Positions 17,616 to 26,327 of a DNA stretch of 62,839 bases are shown here, in pieces. The DNA comes from a virus (lineage: Duplodnaviria; Caudoviricetes). Within the stretch, counting starts at the first letter, position 1; each line of letters starts with the position of its first letter. The stretch lies in IMG/VR virus record IMGVR_UViG_3300011335_000322, positions 1 to 62,839 of that record, one strand, 5' to 3'. A model generated the notes under the pieces. The model saw nothing but the letters and a program-made list of their open reading frames with translations, was not told the DNA's origin and did no database searches. The translations under genes and the position numbers were made by a program.

Positions 17616-17908
17616 CAGACGAAGAGCGTTTACAAATGATTACCGAACAGCTTATCTTGGTGCGTGACAATTTGTTTCGTAACATGAGTAAGTCAATGCA
17701 GAAGCTACAGGCACGAAGCATCAATGAAGTATTGGAGTTGCCCAATCACACACAATCACCACAGCGCCCGTGGGTAGGGCTGACGGACGAGGAGGTGCGG
17801 GATTTGTGGTCATGGTCTGCAACGTCAGAGGCAGAGAAAACAGCAACCACTCAACAACACGCATTTGCCAGAGCCATTGAAGCCAAACTGAAGGAGAAAA
17901 ACACATGA
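17612..17908 (+). CDS. Cassette ORF with WVGLT...IEAKLKEKNT tail
   Basis: 98 aa. Confidence 0.75.
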   Translation: MTDEERLQMITEQLILVRDNLFRNMSKSMQKLQARSINEVLELPNHTQSPQRPWVGLTDEEVRDLWSWSATSEAEKTATTQQHAFARAIEAKLKEKNT

Positions 17909-18240
17909 CTGAAACTGTATCGCTTGAAGTTGCCATCGAGGTCGTTTTACGCAACGGGCCTACGTTCGAGACTATTGCTGGACTATGCAAGATGGCGGTG
18001 GAGGCAGACAGGTTGACACAACCAGAGCAAGAGCCAGAACCTGTGCCTGAAAAGAAGTGGATTTACGGCACACCCCTGCTGGATGCCATGACTCAAGACT
18101 ATGTGCCAACACAACGCCCGTGGCAGGGGCTGACGGATGATGAAATTGAAGATTTTGTAAGCGCATTGTGGCCTGTGGGAGTAGGAGCAGGGAAACTTCT
18201 CCGAGCCATTGAAGCCAAACTCAAGGAGAAGAACACATGA
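17905..18240 (+). CDS. Cassette ORF with WQGLT...IEAKLKEKNT tail
   Basis: 111 aa. Confidence 0.75.
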   Translation: MTETVSLEVAIEVVLRNGPTFETIAGLCKMAVEADRLTQPEQEPEPVPEKKWIYGTPLLDAMTQDYVPTQRPWQGLTDDEIEDFVSALWPVGVGAGKLLRAIEAKLKEKNT

Positions 18241-18452
18241 ACGATAAATTAAAAGCTTTGATAGAAGACTTGCGTTTAAACCATGGGTTCTGCCCAAAGG
18301 AAGTCATCTTGCAAGCGGCAGATGAGTTGGAGAAGATGGGCGGTCACATTGAAACCCTATACGCCATGTACAAAGTAGCAGTTAAGCAACGGGACTACCT
18401 GATGGATCAACAACGAGCGCAGGTTGAGGCTATGCGGGGTAGAGTGCAATGA
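18237..18452 (+). CDS. Small hypothetical protein
   Basis: 71 aa, QAADELE motif, ATGA overlaps. Confidence 0.7.
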   Translation: MNDKLKALIEDLRLNHGFCPKEVILQAADELEKMGGHIETLYAMYKVAVKQRDYLMDQQRAQVEAMRGRVQ

Positions 18453-18667
18453 CCTACAACGCAGAACAGATTACCTATATGTTGGCTGAAGCTATAGACC
18501 AAAACCGTGAGTACAAGTCATGGCATTGCAGTACTCAGCACCTGATGGCCCTTGTTGAGAGGGTTGTTGCCGAGGAGCGTGAGGCGTGTGCACAGTTGTG
18601 TGAAGCCTTGCCTGAGCCTGATGGTGCAGACTTAGCGGAGCGAATCCGAGCAAGGGGACAAGCATGA
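18449..18667 (+). CDS. Cassette ORF with EREACA...IRARGQA tail
   Basis: 72 aa. Confidence 0.75.
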   Translation: MTYNAEQITYMLAEAIDQNREYKSWHCSTQHLMALVERVVAEEREACAQLCEALPEPDGADLAERIRARGQA

Positions 18668-18876
18668 CTGACTGCCCAAACTGTGCGTATCACAGGAAAC
18701 GAGCACAACTGTGGCGTGATGAAGCCTACAAACAAGCAGGGCATCCGTTGCCTGAGCGTGAGCGTGAGTGGGTAGGGCTGACGGATGAAGATTGGGCCAA
18801 GGTTGGGGATATGCCCGACACGTTTGATCAAGGTGTAGCATGGGCACAGGCAAGACTGAAGGAGCGCAACACATGA
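18664..18876 (+). CDS. Cassette ORF with WVGLT...LKERNT tail
   Basis: 70 aa. Confidence 0.75.
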   Translation: MTDCPNCAYHRKRAQLWRDEAYKQAGHPLPEREREWVGLTDEDWAKVGDMPDTFDQGVAWAQARLKERNT

Positions 18877-19130
18877 CTTATGAAGAGTTTTTAAAATTTG
18901 TGCCAGCCAAGTGCATATACGAAACCCTTTACGAGGACACTGAGGGCCGACCAATACTTGTGATCAGTATGCTTGGTGCGTATGGCATGGTGAACAAAGC
19001 ACAACGCCCGTGGCAGGGGCTGACACTAGAAGAGGTTTTGGATTTGTTTGATGTAAACAATGTCTATGGCAGTAAGTGGATTGAGTTCGCCAGAACAGTC
19101 GAAGCCGCCCTGAAAAAGAAGAACACATGA
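18873..19130 (+). CDS. Cassette ORF with WQGLT...LKKKNT tail
   Basis: Start at ATG 18873 by ATGA overlap. Confidence 0.75.
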   Translation: MTYEEFLKFVPAKCIYETLYEDTEGRPILVISMLGAYGMVNKAQRPWQGLTLEEVLDLFDVNNVYGSKWIEFARTVEAALKKKNT

Positions 19131-19336
19131 GATGCCCCATCTGCAACGCACAGACTGATGTAAAAGACTCACGAACACGAAAGGAAACCAACAGTGTTAT
19201 CAGAAAACGGAAATGCTTCAACGACCACCTCTTCCAAACGGAAGAAAAAACCAATCAACTTCTACGACCCGTTCACGAGGGTAGACCCCAAGCTGCTGGA
19301 ACAGATGTACCGAGCAGCACAGAAGGAAAAGCGTAA
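19127..19336 (+). CDS. NrdR-like zinc-ribbon protein
   Basis: CPIC..TDVKDSR..RKRKC...HLFQTEE. Confidence 0.7.
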   Translation: MRCPICNAQTDVKDSRTRKETNSVIRKRKCFNDHLFQTEEKTNQLLRPVHEGRPQAAGTDVPSSTEGKA

Positions 19337-19361
19337 AGAATTACCAGAGGCACTACTATGA
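19194..19361 (+). CDS. Possible overprinted small ORF (55 aa)
   Basis: AAGGAA RBS plus GTG, +1 frame inside the zinc-ribbon gene; stop forms ATGA with 19358. Confidence 0.5.
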   Translation: MLSENGNASTTTSSKRKKKPINFYDPFTRVDPKLLEQMYRAAQKEKRKELPEALL

Positions 19362-19534
19362 ACGGCATACCCACATTCAGTACTTGGGACAGGGCAACGC
19401 TAGATCAGTTTGCGCTGGACGCATGCGTCAAGATGCAACAGCAGCAAGAAACGATTGAGCAGTTGACGCTGGATAAGAAGACCGCCCTTGAAGCGTACCG
19501 CAGGCTAATAAAAGGGACTTCACATGACGCCTGA
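19358..19534 (+). CDS. Small coiled-coil protein (58 aa)
   Basis: MNGIPTFSTWDRATLDQFA...EAYRRLI; fills the gap before VRR-NUC. Confidence 0.7.
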   Translation: MNGIPTFSTWDRATLDQFALDACVKMQQQQETIEQLTLDKKTALEAYRRLIKGTSHDA

Positions 19535-19832
19535 AGCAAGAGTTAAAAACGAAATCAAGAAGATGTTGGATGCCCATGAGGTGTACTACTTCATGCCAGC
19601 AGCCAACGGATACGGACGCGCAGGGATACCCGACATCGTGTGTTGCGTCAACGGGTGCTTCCTTGCGATTGAGTGCAAGGCAGGCAAAGGAAAAACAACA
19701 GCCCTGCAAGACAGGGAGTTGATAGCCATCCACAAGGCAGGAGGTAGCGCTGTGGTTATCAACGAGACTTCCCTGCACACACTGCAGGGAATCATTACAG
19801 ACATCAAACAAAGGACAACGACATGGACTTAG
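19524..19832 (+). CDS. VRR-NUC domain nuclease (putative Holliday junction resolvase)
   Basis: TPEARVK, GIPDIV, FLAIECKAG..TALQ. Confidence 0.85.
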   Translation: MTPEARVKNEIKKMLDAHEVYYFMPAANGYGRAGIPDIVCCVNGCFLAIECKAGKGKTTALQDRELIAIHKAGGSAVVINETSLHTLQGIITDIKQRTTTWT

Positions 19833-20110
19833 AGACTGAACGCATGCAAGCCATGCAGAATGAGATGAACGAGCGGCTTGAGCTTTTTTCGGCGGAAGAG
19901 AAAGTGCATCTGGCGGAACTCATGCTTGTGCTAACCCGGTGCTACGGCCCTGACCCAAACTGCGCCGTAGTGCTGACCTACAGCAACGGCAAACTTTCAA
20001 TCATGTCAATGAACAACACAGAGCTAGAAGCACACACGCTTTGCAAAGATGCAGCAAGCATCTTGGCTGACAGCCTAGGCAGCAACAACCAACCGAAGGA
20101 CATACATTGA
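19823..20110 (+). CDS. Hypothetical protein
   Basis: 95 aa, coupled to neighbours. Confidence 0.7.
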   Translation: MDLETERMQAMQNEMNERLELFSAEEKVHLAELMLVLTRCYGPDPNCAVVLTYSNGKLSIMSMNNTELEAHTLCKDAASILADSLGSNNQPKDIH

Positions 20111-22074
20111 GCCAACCATACGACACCATCCTGACCATCGACTTTGAAACCCGATGGGACAAGGCCGACTACACCCTTTCCAAGATGACCACCGAGGAGT
20201 ACATTAGAAATGAGAAGTTCAAGGCTTTCGGAGCATGCATACATGAGTATGGAACTGATAGACCTACTCAGTGGTATGGAGGAGATGAGCTTCATCGAAT
20301 CCTATCAACATATGACTGGACGCGAACAGCCGTCCTTGCACATAACGCCCAATTCGATATCGCCATACTGGAATGGGTATACGGAGTGCACCCCTGTTTT
20401 ATCTTCGACACCCTGTCAATGGCGCGAGCTTTACGGGGCGTGGAGGTTGGCAATTCCCTCGCCAAACTTGCAAGCGATTTTGGTCTTCCCCCCAAAGGGA
20501 CAGCCATATATTCTACGGATGGACATGCCGTCCTTGAGCCTGAGGTTGAAAGAGAACTTGCTGAGTATTGCAAGCACGACGTATATCTCTGCGAAGGGAT
20601 ATTCAAAAGACTCGCGGAGGGCTACCCTGCAAAGGAACTACGGCTCATCGACATGACGCTGAAGATGTTCACTGACCCTACGTTGGTGCTTGACCCAGAC
20701 ATGCTGGCCGATGCACTGTTGGATGAAAAGGAACAGCGGGAGGCACTGCTGCTGCGGCTCAAGATCAACGAGTCGCAGTTGGCATCCAACCCACAGTTTG
20801 CCGCCGTACTGAACGAGCTTGGTGTGCCCACGCCATACAAGAAAAGCAAGACCACAGGTGAGCAGACCTTGGCGCTGGCTAAGACAGACGCGCTGTTCCA
20901 AGCCATGCTCAACGGAGACAACGAAGAGGTGGCGCTGCTGTGTGAGGCTAGGCTGAAGGTGAAGTCCACAACGGAACGCACACGGGCACAGCGCTTCCTT
21001 GAGATCAGCACACGGGGCACGCTGCCTGTGCCACTGTCCTACTACGGAGCCTCAACGGGACGCTGGACAGCCGCAAGGGGGAGCGCCATCAACATGCAGA
21101 ACCTCAAGCGGGGGAGCTTCCTACGCAAAGCCATCATGGCCCCGGAGGGACACCAGTTGGTGGTGGGTGACCTGTCTCAGATCGAGCCCCGAGTGCTGGC
21201 ATGGCTGGCTGACTACGATGATCTGCTGCACATCTTCAACGCCGGGGGTGATCCGTATGCTGCCTTCGGTGCACAGATGTTCAACATCCCCGGCTTGACC
21301 AAGGAGAGTCACCCTGACTTGAGGCAGTCAGCCAAGTCTGCGCTGTTGGGTGCAGGGTATGGGCTGGGTTGGGCCAGCTTTGCTGCACAACTGTTGGTTG
21401 GGTTCCTCGGCGCACCACCTGTGCGCTACACCAAAGAGTTTGCCAAGCAGTTGGGAGTGACAAGGGAGTCCGTAACTGAGTTTGTTGAGTGGGAGGGCAA
21501 CCTAGAGAAGATGAGGGCCGTGCCACACATCTGTACCGAGCCTGAGTTGCTGATACATTGTGTTGCAGCCAAAGCAATCATTGACAACTACCGCAAGACC
21601 GCCGCGCCGGTTGTTAAATTCTGGAACCTGTGTGGGGAACTGATACACCGCAGCCTGTTCAGCGGTAAGGAGTACACGCACAAGTGCCTGACCTTTAGCA
21701 AGGGGCAGATAAAACTGCCCAGTGGGATGTGCTTGCTGTACCCCAACTTGCGGCGGGGAAAGAACGAAGAAGGAAAGTTGCAGTGGACGTACGGCCTAGA
21801 TGCGAGTAAGATATACGCTGGCAAGATTACAAACAACGTCACGCAAGGCGTAGCAAGATGCGTGATGACAGACGGGATGCTCCGCGTAGCAAAGAGATAC
21901 CCCGTCAAAGGCACAGTACACGACGAGTTGATCGCCGTTGTACCGGATGCGGAGGTTGAAGAAGCTAAGACTTGGGTCTTGGAGCAAATGACTATGGAGC
22001 CACGGTATCTGCCGGGGATTCCATTAAACGCTGACGGCGGCGCACACCGTAGGTATGGACTAGCCAAAAGGTAA
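20107..22074 (+). CDS. Family A DNA polymerase (3'-5' exonuclease plus polymerase, no 5'-3' exonuclease)
   Basis: Exo IDFET, AHNAQFD, YCKHD; motif A DLSQIEPR, motif B RQSAKSALLGAGYG, motif C VHDE. Confidence 0.95.
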   Translation: MSQPYDTILTIDFETRWDKADYTLSKMTTEEYIRNEKFKAFGACIHEYGTDRPTQWYGGDELHRILSTYDWTRTAVLAHNAQFDIAILEWVYGVHPCFIFDTLSMARALRGVEVGNSLAKLASDFGLPPKGTAIYSTDGHAVLEPEVERELAEYCKHDVYLCEGIFKRLAEGYPAKELRLIDMTLKMFTDPTLVLDPDMLADALLDEKEQREALLLRLKINESQLASNPQFAAVLNELGVPTPYKKSKTTGEQTLALAKTDALFQAMLNGDNEEVALLCEARLKVKSTTERTRAQRFLEISTRGTLPVPLSYYGASTGRWTAARGSAINMQNLKRGSFLRKAIMAPEGHQLVVGDLSQIEPRVLAWLADYDDLLHIFNAGGDPYAAFGAQMFNIPGLTKESHPDLRQSAKSALLGAGYGLGWASFAAQLLVGFLGAPPVRYTKEFAKQLGVTRESVTEFVEWEGNLEKMRAVPHICTEPELLIHCVAAKAIIDNYRKTAAPVVKFWNLCGELIHRSLFSGKEYTHKCLTFSKGQIKLPSGMCLLYPNLRRGKNEEGKLQWTYGLDASKIYAGKITNNVTQGVARCVMTDGMLRVAKRYPVKGTVHDELIAVVPDAEVEEAKTWVLEQMTMEPRYLPGIPLNADGGAHRRYGLAKR

Positions 22075-22079
22075 TCACA

Positions 22080-22382
22080 TTGAAGATACCAAAGAAAATC
22101 AAGATAGGCCGACGATGGTACACCATCGAAGTAGTCGAGCAGATGCCAAGAGTAGGGCACATGGGGGACATTGACTATCCCCCAAGCCAGCACATCCGTG
22201 TCGGCTTGCGTAGCAGCAGGACAGGCAAGAGTTTCAAGCAGGAAGAAGTTGCTGATACGTTCTGGCACGAAGTGGTGCACGCCATACTGCATGACATGGA
22301 CAGCAGGCTGTACCGCAACGAGACGTTCGTCAGTGCGTTTGCCGCCCGTCTAACCAAAGCAATCAACTCAGCGAGGTTCTAA
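22080..22382 (+). CDS. Small zincin-like (HExxH) protein
   Basis: TFWHEVVHAIL...NETFV. Confidence 0.7.
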   Translation: MKIPKKIKIGRRWYTIEVVEQMPRVGHMGDIDYPPSQHIRVGLRSSRTGKSFKQEEVADTFWHEVVHAILHDMDSRLYRNETFVSAFAARLTKAINSARF

Positions 22383-23048
22383 ATGACCAAGGTAGTATGG
22401 AGCCACTCATCCCTCAAAGACTTTGAGGGATGTGCCCGTAGGTATCACGAAATCAAAGTTCTTAAAAAATACAAGTTTCAAGAAACAGACGCAACGCGAT
22501 ACGGCACGGACTTGCACAAAGCGGCAGAAGACTACCTTGCTGATGGGGTGGTACTGCCATCCCGGTTTGCCTTTGTCAAGGACGTTCTGGATGTGCTTGA
22601 TAAGAAGCCCGGACGCAAGCTGACGGAGCACAAGATGGCTCTGACAGAAAAGCTGCGTACCTGTGAGTGGGACGCGCCTGATGTGTGGGTGCGCGGCATA
22701 GCGGACTTGCTCATCATTGACGACGAGAACCTGACGGCGTGGGTGGTGGACTACAAAACGGGCAACAACAGATACCCTGACAGAGAGCAGCTTGTGCTGA
22801 TGTCACTGCTGGTGTTTGCCCACTTCCCCCACATCAGACAGGTTAAGTCGGCCTTGCTGTTTGTTGTTAAGAACGACATGGTTAAGCACAACATGTCTGT
22901 CGATGAAACCAAAGATGAGTGGCAGCGCTATCGTGAGCGTTCAGCACGCATTTCCGCATGCATTGACAGTGGCGTGTGGAACCCCAAACAAACGCCACTA
23001 TGCGGGTGGTGTGCAGTGAAGAGTTGTGAATTTAACCCCAAGCACTAG
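22383..23048 (+). CDS. PD-(D/E)xK exonuclease, Cas4/RecB-like
   Basis: RGIADL, VVDYKTG, QL; N-terminal Cys plus C-terminal CGWC..SC. Confidence 0.85.
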   Translation: MTKVVWSHSSLKDFEGCARRYHEIKVLKKYKFQETDATRYGTDLHKAAEDYLADGVVLPSRFAFVKDVLDVLDKKPGRKLTEHKMALTEKLRTCEWDAPDVWVRGIADLLIIDDENLTAWVVDYKTGNNRYPDREQLVLMSLLVFAHFPHIRQVKSALLFVVKNDMVKHNMSVDETKDEWQRYRERSARISACIDSGVWNPKQTPLCGWCAVKSCEFNPKH

Positions 23049-23057
23049 GAGAACAGC

Positions 23058-23294
23058 ATGACACAAGTCAACGGCAAGCGTGATTACAAACACGCATATG
23101 TTTTGCAAAAGAAAAGCGGAGAGACAAAAGACTTTCTTGAACGACAGAAGGCACGCCAAGCATACGATGCCAAGGGCATTGATCGAACGGGGAAAGACAT
23201 TGACCACATCACACCGATACGCAAGGGCGGCAAGTCAACACCGGGCAACACCCGACTGCGTAGCCCAAAAGCAAATCAAAGCGATAACAAATAA
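23058..23294 (+). CDS. Small HNH endonuclease-like protein
   Basis: DIDHITPIRKGG...N...AN. Confidence 0.75.
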   Translation: MTQVNGKRDYKHAYVLQKKSGETKDFLERQKARQAYDAKGIDRTGKDIDHITPIRKGGKSTPGNTRLRSPKANQSDNK

Positions 23295-23306
23295 CACGGA
23301 GAAGCA

Positions 23307-24887
23307 ATGGAAATCATAGAAAACAAAGCACTGTTACTGCGAACTCGTGACCCCGGTAAATACGGCATCATCCCCAAGAGTCGAGTCGTTGAGCAGCACG
23401 AAGACGGGTCGGCATCTGTAGCAGTTTACTGGGGGCTGGAAGAAGCAAAGGTGCTTAGAAACTTGGGTGTCAAAGATGTACCCTCGCCCATAACCAAGCG
23501 CTATCACTGGCCCGGACGTTACATACCGATGGCGCACCAGATTGAGACAGCGGGGTTCCTAACCCTGAACCGCAAGGCGTTCTGTTTTAGTGAGCCGGGT
23601 ACGGGCAAGACCTTGAGTGCGCTGTGGGCCGCAGACTACTTGATGTCACAGGGCGTGGTGCGAAGGTGTCTGATACTGTGCCCCCTGTCCATCATGCACA
23701 GCGCGTGGTTGTCGGACATGACCAGTAGCATCATCCACCGTTCTGCCATCGTCGCCCACCATGCTCAAGCTAGTCGGCGCATTGAGATGGTGCAGCAGAA
23801 CTACGAGTTCGTCATTACCAACTACGATGGGTTGAACCTGATTGCGGACGAAGTGCGTAACGATGGGCGGTTTGATTTGGTGATTGCGGATGAGGCCAAC
23901 GCCTACAAGATGCCCACTACCAAAAGGTGGAAGTCGTTGCAGAAAGTCATCACACCCAACACATACCTGTGGATGATGACCGGCACACCCGCTGCACAGT
24001 CTCCCGTGGATGCATACGGGCTTGCCAAGTTCGTTAACCCCAACGGCGTGCCGAAGTTCTACACAGCATGGCGGGATCAGGTGATGAACAAAATCACGAT
24101 GTTCAAGTGGGCTCCCAAAGCAGATGCGCCTGAGACCGTGTTTGCTGCCTTGCAGCCTGCGATACGCTTCACCAAAGCACAGTGCCTTGACCTACCACCG
24201 GTCATCACAATGGTGCGCGAAGTGCCGCTGACCCCACAGCAAAACAAGTACTACGTGATGCTCAAAGAGCAGATGCTGGTGCAAGCGGCAGGGGAGACCA
24301 TCACGGCTGTGAACGCTGCTGCGGGTGTGAGCAAGCTGTTGCAGATCAGTTGTGGGGCTGCGTACACAGACACAAAGGAAGTGGTGGAGTTTGACTCCTC
24401 CCCACGCCTTGCTGTGCTGGAGGAAATACTAGGAGAGACACAGCGCAAGGTCATCATCTTTGCCTTGTTTCGTAGCACCATCTCAGCGATACACGCACAC
24501 CTGTTGAAGCACCACATAGCAACGGAAATGATCCACGGCGACATACCCCCCATCAAACGGGGAGACATCATCAGGCGCTTTCAAAACGAGCCTGAACCAA
24601 GGGTGTTGGTGATGCAACCGGCAGCGTCCGCACACGGCATCACACTGACCGCTGCGGACACGGTGGTGTTCTACGGCCCCCTGATGTCTGTGGAGCAGTA
24701 CACCCAGTGCATCGCCAGAGCAGACCGCAAGGGGCAGGACTCAGACAAAGTTACGGTGGTGCACATTCAGGGATCGCCAATAGAAAGACGCATGTTTAAA
24801 GCCCTTGGAGAAAAAGTGAGCGACCACTCTCTACTAACCAAGCTGTTCGACATTGAAATTAAAACAGGAAAGGGGTTGCAAATGTAA
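23307..24887 (+). CDS. SNF2-family helicase
   Basis: EPGTGKT, DEAN, MTGTP, HGITLT, QCIARADRKGQ. Confidence 0.9.
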   Translation: MEIIENKALLLRTRDPGKYGIIPKSRVVEQHEDGSASVAVYWGLEEAKVLRNLGVKDVPSPITKRYHWPGRYIPMAHQIETAGFLTLNRKAFCFSEPGTGKTLSALWAADYLMSQGVVRRCLILCPLSIMHSAWLSDMTSSIIHRSAIVAHHAQASRRIEMVQQNYEFVITNYDGLNLIADEVRNDGRFDLVIADEANAYKMPTTKRWKSLQKVITPNTYLWMMTGTPAAQSPVDAYGLAKFVNPNGVPKFYTAWRDQVMNKITMFKWAPKADAPETVFAALQPAIRFTKAQCLDLPPVITMVREVPLTPQQNKYYVMLKEQMLVQAAGETITAVNAAAGVSKLLQISCGAAYTDTKEVVEFDSSPRLAVLEEILGETQRKVIIFALFRSTISAIHAHLLKHHIATEMIHGDIPPIKRGDIIRRFQNEPEPRVLVMQPAASAHGITLTAADTVVFYGPLMSVEQYTQCIARADRKGQDSDKVTVVHIQGSPIERRMFKALGEKVSDHSLLTKLFDIEIKTGKGLQM

Positions 24888-24918
24888 AAAAAACTACTAC
24901 ACTGTCCAACCCTTGACA
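24876..24918 (+). promoter_or_regulatory. sigma70-like promoter with palindromic operator 3
   Basis: TTGCAA (24876-24881), 16-bp spacer, TACACT (24898-24903); TGTC-CAACCCTT-GACA at 24903-24918. Confidence 0.6.
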
Positions 24919-24937
24919 AAACTACATGGAGAAGCAA

Positions 24938-25348
24938 ATGGAAACAGAAGTGATTGAGGTGCTGCCGCTTGATCGGCTTGCCAAAATCTACCGCAAGATG
25001 CGTTCCGCAATTGAGGTCTTGACGAAAGAGTATGACACTCAAGTCGAAGCCATCAAGGAGCAGCAGGAGGGCGTGAAGAACGCCATGAAAGACCAGATGA
25101 AGGCGCTGGGCGTCACATCTGTGAAAACAGCAGAGGGCACGGTCATACTCTCCGTGAAGACCCGCTACAACACGCAGGATTGGGACTCGTTCAAACGATT
25201 CATCATCGAGAACGAAGCCGTTGACTTGCTGGAGAAGCGGATCGCACAGAGCAACATGGCGCAATTCTTGACAGAAAACCCCGGACTCGTACCTCCGGGA
25301 CTCAACTCATCGTCTGAGTATGACGTAAGCGTACGCAAACCAACTTAA
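24938..25348 (+). CDS. Replication-module protein of unknown function
   Basis: Coiled N-terminus, DWDSF..FI, LLEKRI, PPGLN; start chosen at ATG after the GGAG SD. Confidence 0.75.
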   Translation: METEVIEVLPLDRLAKIYRKMRSAIEVLTKEYDTQVEAIKEQQEGVKNAMKDQMKALGVTSVKTAEGTVILSVKTRYNTQDWDSFKRFIIENEAVDLLEKRIAQSNMAQFLTENPGLVPPGLNSSSEYDVSVRKPT

Positions 25349-25359
25349 CAGGACTACTA

Positions 25360-26319
25360 ATGGAAATCATGCTTTTTAACTCTAAGACTGCCCCCGCTCA
25401 CGTTCGTTCAGGGCAGCTTTCCGAAACTGCCAAAGCCCTGTCGGGCGGTGCAGGCAACAACATCAAGCGCATCAGCACAAAGGGCGGCGTGTTTCGTTTG
25501 ATGGCTGGCGGCAAAGAGGTCGCCAACATCGAGGAGCGCCACCTTGATATCGTGATCGTACTAGCTGCCCCCAAGGTCAGCCGCATTTTCTATGCAGCAG
25601 CGTATGACAGCGACAAGATTGCGCCTCCTGACTGCTCTTCCACAGATGGCGAAACGCCTGATGCGGGTGTGGCTAACAAGCAGTCCGACAGTTGCATGGG
25701 TTGCCCCCAGAACATTGCTGGCTCTGGCAACGGCAACAGCCGTGCGTGCCGCTATCAACAACGTCTGGCTGTGGTGCTGGAGGATGCGATTGATGGGGAT
25801 GTGCTGCAACTCACGCTGCCAGCAACGTCCATCTTTGGTAAGGATGAGGGCGACAAGCGCCCCCTGCAAGCCTACGCGCGGTTCTTGGCGAACCAGAACC
25901 CTCCGGTTAACCCCGAGGCGGTTGTGACCCGCATGCGCTTTGACACCAAGGCCGAAGCCCCCAAGCTGTTCTTCCAACCCATGCGCTGGCTGACAGACGC
26001 CGAGTATGCTACCGTCATGCAACAGGCTGCTACGTCTGATGCCAAGCGTGCCATCGCATCTACAGTGGCGGCGGCAGACGGCGTTAAAGCTGAGCCGTTG
26101 GCTCTGGCAGGCAAGGCTCCCAGCAAGCCCCCCGTTGTTGTTGAGGAAGAGGATGAAGAGGTTGCGCCGCCACCGCCAAAAGCTAAAAAGGCCAAACCTG
26201 CTCCAGCAGTAGAGGAGGAAGCAGAACCCGAGGTGCGTAAAACCGCAACCAAGGTAACGGCTGTCCCGGCTAAAAAGGGCAGCCTGTCTTCTATTGTGGC
26301 TGATTGGGACGACGAGTAA
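25360..26319 (+). CDS. Putative ssDNA-binding/annealing protein
   Basis: Four-Cys cluster, flexible acidic/Pro-rich tail ending WDDE; position in the replication module. Confidence 0.5.
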   Translation: MEIMLFNSKTAPAHVRSGQLSETAKALSGGAGNNIKRISTKGGVFRLMAGGKEVANIEERHLDIVIVLAAPKVSRIFYAAAYDSDKIAPPDCSSTDGETPDAGVANKQSDSCMGCPQNIAGSGNGNSRACRYQQRLAVVLEDAIDGDVLQLTLPATSIFGKDEGDKRPLQAYARFLANQNPPVNPEAVVTRMRFDTKAEAPKLFFQPMRWLTDAEYATVMQQAATSDAKRAIASTVAAADGVKAEPLALAGKAPSKPPVVVEEEDEEVAPPPPKAKKAKPAPAVEEEAEPEVRKTATKVTAVPAKKGSLSSIVADWDDE

Positions 26320-26327
26320 TATGTTGC

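Noticed and set aside
15967-19130. Repeat-spacer pattern as a CRISPR array, with the Cas4-like nuclease at 22383 as a cas gene
   Set aside because: The repeats are in-frame coding, irregularly spaced by hundreds of bp and not palindromic. There is no cas1/cas2, and stand-alone Cas4-like nucleases are normal in phage replication modules.
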